A DNA stretch of 64,000 nt from Octopus vulgaris (taxonomy: Eukaryota): the NCBI GenBank assembly GCA_951406725.2, contig OX597818.1, forward strand, positions 90,768,001 through 90,832,000, given 5' to 3'. The position numbers were made by a program, and so were the translations under genes. Under the pieces are notes generated by a model, which was not told where the DNA came from, ran no database searches, and saw nothing but the letters and a program-made list of their open reading frames with translations. How positions within the stretch are numbered: the first letter of the stretch is position 1; each line of letters opens with the position of its first letter. Positions 53,944-64,000 of the stretch are shown piece after piece.

Positions 53944-54778
53944 CCTACCTACCTACCTTTATTTCTATCTATCCATCTCTTTTGTCATGGAACCTCAATA
54001 ACAAACATGCTGAGTACTGGTTCGTTATAAATACAGACAATGCGTTTATAATCTTTTCCTTTTTTGAAGAGTTTTGTTTCTTCACTTTTCTTTTAAAGGC
54101 ACCATTTATGGAGGCATTGTATTAAGCCGGTTAGCCCAAATTTCAGTATATATATCCATTACGTATAAGGCATCAAAGGAAATATGTTTCACTTCTGATA
54201 TCGTTTCCATGATAAAAATAACAACTGTCCTCAATGATTGACATAGCAATAATAAATAATCAAAATATTGTGCATAAGTAAGTTTTAACAAATGCCAGTC
54301 AATTACAGCTTTAGAATAATTGAGAGTATATCTAGGATTTGAGTCGAAAACATTGAATAACACGGGAATTTAAATAACTTGCGAAATTTCTTTCGGGCCA
54401 GAAAAAGAGAAAAGTGTAATCTACTCCTCCCTCTCTCTCTCCCTCTCACCCCTCAACACATATATATTCTTTTATTCTTTTACTTGTTTCAGTCTTTTGA
54501 CTGCGGCCTGTGTACAAACTACACAGTCCAAGTGATATTTAGAGAAAAATCAGTGAAAAGAACTTTATAACTATATTCCAACCTAAGCTAAATAAATAAT
54601 AATAGTAATACTCAAAGGTACTATTTCTATTGCTACGACCAGTACCACTAACAACAACAGCAATCCTAAAGGTGCTCATGATGACGGAAGCAGGAAAATA
54701 CTTGCTAAGTCAAGAGAGAAGTCAGTAAAAATAATCTTATTTTGGGTTTAAAGTTCTATTATCAGAGCTACTTCTACC

Positions 54779-54809
<31 letters not shown>

Positions 54810-55361
54810 CCACCACCACCACCACCACCACCAAGAACAAAAACAACAACAACGACGACAACAATAATAAGGGAGATAATAATGGTGATGATAATTGAAA
54901 TGTAAAAATCCCTGGGAAATGTTGTTTACAGTATTTCTAAAACTAGCCCATCATTTACTGCTTTGGCCAGGGCCAAACCGTGATGCTTGAACCAAACACC
55001 AATCAACTTAAGTAATTTAGTACAGCCACATACTAATTGGTCAGTATACAGTTTGCAAAAATTAGATTTCTGGAACCTCTACAAATGTATAGGCTGTTCT
55101 TATGCCTTCATGGGCTTTCTGTTGACGCTGTTGTTCTTCATATTGTTGTTGTTGTGTCTGTTGTTGTTGCTGTTGTTGTAGTTGTGTCATCTCACCACAG
55201 TTGTAAATTGCAAAACATAACTGTCACCACTACTACAGAAACCTGAAGATTCCATAGTTTAATGCATGAAAGTACCAGTTCAATCAAACTGGACATCTAA
55301 TATTTTATCATCTCATTATATTTTATTATGTTATATTATTATAAGATGGGATTTCTTTGAG

Positions 55362-55445
<84 letters not shown>

Positions 55446-55668
55446 AGTAATATATGTATATTGAAACATTCCTGTGAAAACCTTGGACCTTGAAGACTAC
55501 TTAAATACAAGAAAGTATACTAGTCCCTTAATATTTGATATTCAGAATTTCATATATTCAATAAGACAATCAATACTTCATTTCATTATACTACTATATA
55601 TACTATTTATACTATTTATTCTACATTAACATAAAAAAACAGACTGAGTTGGAATACCTATGAATAAT

Positions 55669-55790
<122 letters not shown>

Positions 55791-56064
55791 GTATATATTG
55801 TAGGTGGGCAGTCATATAAGAGAGAGTTGATTGCTATTTCTTGCTAATCGAGTGGACGCATAGGGACCTCATATTTGACTCAGTGTCAGCTAATTTTTTT
55901 CTCCTCGATATGGAAATAAAATCTTCAATATACACCGCTTATTGTATCTCAAATACTAGTTTTGTTTTATGTGAATACATGTGTTGGTAATTGAAGTAGA
56001 AGGTGTCGCTTCTGGTAGAATCCTTCATCAACGTGCAGCTTCACATGGCTACAGTAGGTATAAC

Positions 56065-56128
56065 AAGTTACCACGACAACAACAACAGCAACAACAACAA
56101 CAACAACAGCAACAACAACAACAACAGC

Positions 56129-56186
<58 letters not shown>

Positions 56187-56232
56187 GCAACAACAACAAC
56201 AGCAACAACAACAACAACCACAACAACAACCA
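56065..56232 (+). repeat. (CAA/CAG)n triplet microsatellite
   Basis: Seen directly. Confidence 0.95.
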
Positions 56233-56659
56233 TATGAAGAACAACTGCATCAACAGAAAGCCCATGAAGGGATAAGAACAGCCCATCAATCATCAGCTCT
56301 TGTGGTCCTTGCCAATACATGTACTGTTGGATTATGTCTCTACATTGAACAACAATCCACCTCGATAAGCCACTATTCAAAAAGCATTGCGAATTTTAGT
56401 TGCCTGAATCTGTCCTGAAAAAGACAAGCTGTCTCCAACTCCAGACATATCAGTAATATCTGAATCAATAATTTCATTTGCTACCAGCAATGTCCAAGAA
56501 GATATAGCATTAATGATAAATATAGAGATACTAGATCTATCGTGATTTTTAGCAAATCTACTGGTGTCATTGGATAAAAAGTAACAGAAAAATAGCCGCA
56601 AAATTAACTTGAGAAAAAGTTAGTTGAAAAAAGCCACAATTTATTTATGTAAATGCAGG

Positions 56660-57055
56660 CGTGGTTTCGTACCTCATGGTTCCGGGTTCAGTCACACTGC
56701 GTAGTACCTTCAGCAATGGTCTACTGCTATAGCTTTGGGGTGAACGAAGGCTTGTAAATGGATTTGGTAGACGGAAACTGAAAGAAGCCCGACGTATATA
56801 TTGATATATTTGTGTGTGTGTGCGCGCGCGCGCGTCTTTGTATCTGTATTTGTCTCCCACTGCTGCTTCACAAGTGGTTTTGGTGTGTTTACATCCCCGT
56901 AACCTAGCAATTCAGCCAAAGAGACCGATACAATAAATACCAGACTTAAAAAAGCATAAGTGCTGGGGTCGATTCAGTCAACTAAAAACTTCTTCAATGT
57001 GGTGCCCCAGCATGGCCGTAGTGTAATGGCTGAAACAAGTAGAAGGTAAAAGATA
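56660..57055 (+). mobile_element. SINE family B, diverged
   Basis: catggttccgggttcagtc...ggtagacggaaactgaaagaagccc...cagcatggccg. Confidence 0.8.
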
Positions 57056-57129
57056 CTATAAACAATTACAGTTAATATAATAAAATAGAATATATTTTAA
57101 ATCAGTTATTACATGACACTACATGGATT

Positions 57130-57687
57130 ATTATTTATTTATGCACACTTTTAATGCCTAGCCAGGCTCATGGGCCCCGTTTCCCGGTTTCTGTGGCGTA
57201 TGTGTTCCGCCCAGCTGGACGGGACGCCAGTCCATCGCAGCGTTACTCAAGAAACTGGATGAAAGGGTGAGAGAAAGTTGGGGCCAAAGAGTACAACAGG
57301 GTTCGCCGCCACCTCCTGCCGGAGCCTCATGGAGCTTTAGGTGTTTTCGCTCAATAAACACACACAACGCCCGGTCTGGGAATCGAAACCGTGATCCTCC
57401 CACAGAGAGTCCGCTGCCCTAACCACTGGGCCATTGTGCCTCCAAAAATGTTCCTTCTCGAGCCATACCAGGCTCATAAGGGCCGGTTTCCCGGTTTCAG
57501 TAACGTAGAAATTCCCCACCTAGACAGGACCGGTCCGTCGCAGGTTTATTCATTTTTGCCAGCTGGAGTAACGTGAAAATGAAGTGTTTTGCTCAAGAAC
57601 ACAACGCATCGCCCGGTCCAGGAATCAAGACCACAACCTTACGATTATGAGTTCAATACTCTAACCACTAAGCCACGCGCCTCCACA
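57130..57687 (-). mobile_element. Two adjacent SINEs on - strand (family C 57130-57443; family D 57447-57687)
   Basis: Reverse complements of the 39378 and 32192 copies. Confidence 0.82.
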
Positions 57688-58025
57688 CATGAATTATACA
57701 CAATTTATATATTAGGCATTGCACGTGTGAAAAATACAAATTACTGAATTTTTAATGACACTTAAAACTTAAGCCAGTCTTTTATTAAGAAGAATAACAT
57801 ATGACATTAAAAACACCTTACATAGCATCTTAGCATTACACGTATAATCAGTATTTTTAATGCTGTTGACTATGACAAATATTCCAGCCAATACCACGAA
57901 GAAAACCATGATTGCAATGCGCAAGTAATGAAGGCGTTCTTGCAGTAGCACACAGCATGGAAGAACACTTGCTAGAGGTGGATTATCACCAGCATCCTGC
58001 TACATAGTTGCGTTCATTGTCACTT

Positions 58026-58086
<61 letters not shown>

Positions 58087-58276
58087 TAATCCAAACAAGA
58101 AAACAAAAAGACAACAACGCGAGGATGTGGAACAAATAAAGTATTATTGGACGCTCAGGAAAGAAGGAAAGAAGTATGACGTTTCGAGCGGAGCTCTTCG
58201 TCGGAAACATAGGAGAAAGAAAGATCCCGAGGCGGGAGGACAGAGGGAAAAAAATTGCAGGTAGTCTTCACGAGGT

Positions 58277-58308
<32 letters not shown>

Positions 58309-58311
58309 GGT

Positions 58312-58420
<109 letters not shown>

Positions 58421-58586
58421 GTATATATATATATATGTATATATATGAAGTTGGAGACAGCTTGTCTGCGTAGATCCATGAGCGTAAGTCCTTAGGTACA
58501 ATCCTGTGTACTCCGTTCCTCTATATCCTCATCTTATTAATATATACCATTCTCATTTTCCCTATTTCACTATTTTCCCCCTGTTT

Positions 58587-58642
58587 GTCTTTGATGACGG
58601 AATATCCCATACCCGGGCATATCCCAGAAACAGCTGTAAGAT
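58587..58642 (+). ncRNA. Degenerate minimal hammerhead motif
   Basis: gtct-TTGATGA-cgg.atat...atat.ccc-a-GAAA-CAGCTG-TA-agat; C3>T core substitution. Confidence 0.55.
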
Positions 58643-58857
58643 TTTGAATTTCTTCCTATTATACTATTTTATACGACTTGAGATGTTTCTGTGCCTTAAT
58701 GCTTGAAGTCCTGTTTAACAATTATATATCCGCTATCTCGGAAATCTTCAATGGCTCCATAACTACCGACTTGGCTATAAACGTATAAACATAGTAACAC
58801 TTACGTAGCGTACCTAATCGTATCGTTTATATCACCTGTGAACTAAACCGCCATACT

Positions 58858-58924
<67 letters not shown>

Positions 58925-59059
58925 ATGAGTGAGAGAGAACGAGAAAGAGAGAGTGAAAGAGAGAAAGTGAGATAGAGAGAAATGACGGACAGATAGATAG
59001 ATGGATAGATGGATAGATAGATAGATTTTTTGCTCTCACTCTATCTGCTACCGATATAC

Positions 59060-59700
59060 TTTTGCGCTTTTTAACAACATGCGTCTTGACGAGATGCTTT
59101 CTCAAGAGGAATACCGCAGGTTTTGGGACATCTACAATTTATCGCGATAAGTCTTCTGAGAAACCCACTCCAGGCTGATCAAATCACGGGAAAATCCAAC
59201 GTTATTTAAAGCAGATCCAAATATTTTCCTTGAACGTCTCATAACCCAGGATAAGCACTGGCTTCACCAATTTCAGCCAGAGGTAAAGAGACGATCCATG
59301 CAGTAGAAACATTCATCCTTGCCTGCTCCAAAACAAGGCTAGGGTCGTTTCATTTGCAGGAAAGTCTGTGGCCCCGTGTTTACTGACTACCTTCAAAAGG
59401 ACCACACCGTCAGTGGAGAGTACTTTGCCATCTTGCTGAGGCAGTTACGGAAAGCCATCAAGACCAAACGCCTAGGAAAAGTGACAAAAAAGGGACTTGT
59501 TTTATCAGGACAAGGCCGCAGCATACAAGGTTTTGGCTTCACTAGTTGTTGTATGTAGCTGTGGCTTTGAACTGGTTGATCAACCTCTATTTTCCAGATT
59601 TAGCACCACCTGGCTATTATCATTTCCACAACATGAAAAAACATTTGGGAATATGTATCGCAGAGTTGATGACATCATATCTGGTACCATACATTGGTTG
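59060..59700 (+). mobile_element. Mariner transposase relic
   Basis: LITQDKHWLHQFQPEVKR.SMQ, DYLQKDHTVSGEYFAILLRQLRKAIKTKR, PDLAPPGYYHFHNMKKHL (degenerate YSPDLAP region). Confidence 0.8.
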
Positions 59701-60165
59701 TGAAAACAAGTTTTCTGTCATTAATTGATATAGCAAATATCTATATCTGAATTATACAGTACACTGGTACATTGACCGTACGATAAGCTTAATCCTAAGC
59801 CTAAGCCACTGAACGTGAGTTACAGTAAAAGATATATCCATTAAAGGTTTCAATCATAATGGACTATTGTCAATCCGGAGTATTTATTATATTTACGGAA
59901 TGGATCTAGTTCTTGGAGCTAATACAAAGCTGTCAGGTATATTTGTTTAGAACTGACTTAGTGCGAATTCCAACAACAATAGGTCAGCAAAAGTGTGTTT
60001 ATGAGCCCACTGAAGATGTTAGAAATACTAGCTAAATCGCCATCCAATCAAATCTTACAATTTAAAAAGAAGAAAAGAAGGACAGATCAAATAAGGTAGA
60101 CGTAAATACTAATAAACGACATGATGGCTACGGCTGGAATGCCTTTCATTATAAGTCCTTATGGT

Positions 60166-60408
60166 TGTTATGTAATCATCACAACAAACATGAACAATTA
60201 ACGTTGCCCATTGTCTCCCTTGATACAAGGACAATCAGTCAGTTTCCCGCCACAACAAAGAAATACATTGTACAACAACGCGCAGTCTAATAAAGTATCT
60301 CGCATCGTTAACACGTTTTTTCAGTCTCTCTCACTTTCTTAATCTTTCATACGAAGTACTCACTACTTCCTTTAATACTCAATACATTATATATATATAA
60401 CAACAACA
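60166..60408 (+). repeat. 5' LTR of Gypsy element (243 bp)
   Basis: TGTT...AACA termini, internal AATAAA near 60289, directly followed by PBS; 3' LTR outside window so left boundary is unconfirmed. Confidence 0.7.
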
Positions 60409-60419
60409 TGGTGTCAGAA
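60409..60419 (+). promoter_or_regulatory. Primer-binding site, tRNA-Leu-type
   Basis: TGGTGTCAGAA immediately after LTR-terminal CA; complementary to a tRNA 3' end ...TTCTGACACCA. Confidence 0.75.
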
Positions 60420-60486
60420 TACTAAATGAACCCAGCATACAGAAACCAAAAGAAAAAAGAAGTTGAAATCATACTTCAAAGACGAA

Positions 60487-63400
60487 ATGGAAAATTTACC
60501 GCATCCAAAAGACCTAGATTTTAATCAGGAAAATCTAGCCGCAGCATGGAAAAAGTGGAAAAAAGAATTCAATCTCTTTTTGATAGCAACAGAGAGTGAC
60601 ATAAAGCCAGACAAAGTAAAAACTTCAATGTTTTTAACTTGCATCGGTTCCAAAGGCCGAGACATCCATTTCACTCTGGATTTCGATTCACCTGACGAAG
60701 AAATGAACCTTCAAACAGTAATCGAAAAATTCGATGCATATTGTGAACCCAGGAAAAACATAACTTTCCTGAGACACAAATTCTTCACATGTGGACAAGC
60801 GGAACATCAAAAATTCGATGAGTACGTGGTAGAGTTGCGCCAAAAGGCAAAACAGTGCGAATTCGGCAACCTCACAGACAGTCTCACCAGAGATATTCTG
60901 ATATGTGGAATCAGAGACATGAGATTAAGAGAAAGATTATTGAGAGAACCAAATTTAGACTTACAAAAAACAATTCAAGCAGGTCAGAGTGCAGAGCAAA
61001 CACGACTCCAATCAAGGATGCTAAATGCCACATCCGAAACAAGAGATAACGAAATCTCGAAGGTATATAGTCAACACGACAATAAAGGCGCCAAAACTCA
61101 AATAACTCGCCATATGCAATCCAGACATCAAAACAAACAAGGCGGAAGTGACAGAAAGCCCGCGAAGTTTCAAGCGTCAAGTCAACACTACGTCACTAAC
61201 TGTCACTATTGTGGTTATAATCACCAAAGAAAAAAGTGCCCAGTATTTCACAAGACATGTGAAAAATGCAAGAAAAAAGGACACTATGCAAAAATGTGCA
61301 AATCAAGAAAATTTGTACATAAAGTAGAGACACATACCGACGATGAATCAGATGACGATACACATGCACTCGAAATGATCACTTCAAATAATTCCCGCGT
61401 GCACAAAATCGAACAGTTCAAGACTCCAAAAGACATTTGGACGGTCGAACTAAAAGTGAATAACTCGAATGTAACATTCAAAATTGATACTGGAGCAGAC
61501 GTAACCGTACTGCCATTCAGAGAATATAAAACTATAATTCCAAAACCACAACTGCAAAAAACCTCAACTCGATTATCAGCTTACAATAATACAGCTATAA
61601 AAGTGCTAGGAAAATGCACAGCAGTCATTAAATACAAAGAATTATCAAAACAAATAAAATTCATTGTTGCAAAAACAAACTCGCACGCAGTTATAGATGC
61701 AAAGACAGCTAAAGATCTGAACCTAATTCAGAGAATTTCAAAAATAAATTCGTCGAACACAAACGACATAATAGAAAAATATGAAGACTGCTTCGGAGAA
61801 ATCGGCACTTTGTCAATAACACATCATATCACAGTGGATCCACAAATAACTCCTGTAATTCATCCACCAAGATCGGTTCCTTTTTCTATAAAAGAAAAAC
61901 TCAACAAAGAATTAAAAAGAATGACAGAATTAGGTATCATAAAACCTGTTAGTGAACCTACAGACTGGGTAAATTCCCTAGTCATCGTTGAAAAAGCCAA
62001 CGGAAAGCTCCGACTCTGTTTAGACCCCAAGAATCTAAACAAAGCCATAAAAAGGCAACATTTCAAACTCCCTACAGCGGAGGACATTTTTGCACAAATG
62101 CATAACCCTAAATATTTTTCGAAACTCGATGCATCTAATGGATACTGGCAAATTCCAGTTGACGAAGAAAGCTCCCATATGTTAACGTTCAACACACCTT
62201 TTGGAAGGTATCGCTTCACACGACTACCCTATGGAATTCACAGCGCCAGTGAAGTTTTCCAAAAAGAAACTGCAAATATAATAGAGGGCATATAAGGAGC
62301 AAGAAATTCACAGGATGAAATTATAATCTGGTCCAGCACTTTAGAAGAACACACAAATAGACTACAACAAGTTTTCGATCGAATCCGAAAGCACGGATTA
62401 AAGTTAAATAAATCAAAGTGTATCTTCTATGAATCACAAATCACGTACCTTGGGCATCTATTAACCAGCGAAGGGATAAAACAAGATCCAACCAAAGTGC
62501 AAGCAATCATTCACATGCCACTGCCAACAAGTAAAAAAGAATTACAAAGATTCCTAGGTATGACAAATTACCTATGTAAATTTTTATCAAATTACTCCGA
62601 AGTTACAGCACCATTACGCCAGCTTCTACAGAGTGACACGTAATGGTCATTCGACAAACCACAAATCGAAGCAATAAAAAAGCTAAAAGAAATGATTACC
62701 AGAAAACCAGTGCTACAATTTTATGATCCAGATCTACCAATAAAAATAACTACGATGCTAGTAAGCATGGGCTCGGAGCGATACTTGAGCAGAAACACAA
62801 CGAAAGATGGCTACCTGTTTCGTTTGCATCTCGTGCAACAACTCAAGCGGAACAAAACTACTGTCCGATAGAGAGCGAAGCTCTCAGTATAGTTTTCGCA
62901 TGCAAGAAATTTCATCAGTTTATATACGGAACTCATTTCAGAATCGAAAATGACCATAAACCGTTGAAGCAAATATTCAAAAAACCGATCACTAAATGCC
63001 CCCCCCAGAATCCAAAGATTTCTACTAACATTACAAAGATACGATTTTGACCTAAACCACATACCTGGTAAAGAATCAGTTGTTGCAGATACCCTATCAC
63101 GTGCATACCTTGAGCAAAATACTCCAGAAGTATCAGACGAAGATATGAAATCGCACATACATGCAGTAATAAAAAATTATCCCATAACCGACACTAAATT
63201 AAACGAGTATAAAGAAGCCACTGCAGACGACCCGTCACTACAGACACTCATCACATATACAAGAACAGAATGGCCCCCAAAAGACAAAATACCAATAAAC
63301 ATCAAACCATTCATCTCCGTTCGTGATGAAATATCAATCGTCAATGGTCTCGTTCTAAAATGTTCAGGAATAATTGTACCTAAGTCATTACGTAGAGAAG

Positions 63401-64000
63401 CTCTACAGGAAATACATACCGGACACATGGGTATCGAAAAATGCATAGAGAGAGCGACGGAATGTATATACTGGCCCGGCATTAACGCTCAAATCAAAGA
63501 CATGATTAACACATGCTCATACTGCATCGACTACAAAAACCAACAACCAGCCGAACCACTAATAAATCATGAAATACCTACTACACCATGGACCAAAGTG
63601 GGTACAGACGTATTTCACCTGTCTGGAAATTCGTATGTCACAATTATTGACTATACAACAAGATTTTTTGATCTACACGAAATAAATGATTGCCAGTCAA
63701 AAACCGTAATCAAAAAATTAAAAGAAACTTTTGCTAACTTCGGAATTACGCAAACAGTTGTAAGTGACAACGGTCCAGAATTCAATTCGGCTGAATTCAA
63801 AAAATTTGCAAAAAATTGGCATTTTCATCACACGAAGACAAGCCCGCATTATCATCAAGCGAATGGCATGGTTGAGAGAAATATACAGACAATAAAAAAG
63901 ACGCTAAAAAAGGCATTCAAAAGTGGCGAAGAACCTCAGTTAGCGCTCTTAGCATTACGCACGACTAAATTACAAAATGGTGCACCATCCCCTGCAAATC
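60487..64000 (+). mobile_element. Gypsy (Mag-like) gag-pol, single frame, disabled; truncated by the window edge
   Basis: Two Cys/His knuckles, protease IDTGA, RT LDASNGYWQ...SQDE, RNase H DASKHGLGA, integrase H-H-C-C, GTD, SDNG, VER in Gypsy order; stops at 62293-62295 and 62641-62643, frameshift near 62753. Confidence 0.95.

Noticed and set aside
55981-56418. Poly-Q ORF as a protein-coding gene
   Set aside because: Open in several frames and both strands because of the (CAA)n tract; no recognisable domain or clear splice sites

Overview
Eukaryotic, AT-rich, microsatellite- and SINE-dense genomic DNA. It is almost certainly a coleoid cephalopod, probably Octopus (inferred from gene content). 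Manual splicing recovers two tandem, same-strand S-crystallin (sigma-GST-derived lens protein) genes that the ORF track only shows as fragments. Gene 1 has six exons in the window (4781-18475); its first coding exon was not found and probably lies upstream. It is Met-rich and has a 95-aa central loop encoded by two symmetric phase-0 exons, one of them a period-4 (xxxM)n repeat. Gene 2 is complete (six exons, 30304-47732, 220 aa), Met-poor, and has a 15-aa loop exon and GST-like residues at positions 100 and 108. The rest is mobile DNA: four tRNA-like SINE families with mix-and-match tails; RTE, R4/Dong-like and L1/Tx1-like LINE fragments; a partly tandem Penelope-like element (RT + GIY-YIG); Tc1/mariner relics and MITEs; and a Mag-like Gypsy LTR element running off the right edge. 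Several minimal type-I hammerhead ribozyme motifs and long foldback palindromes lie in and around the crystallin genes. All calls are by eye; no alignments or folding were computed.
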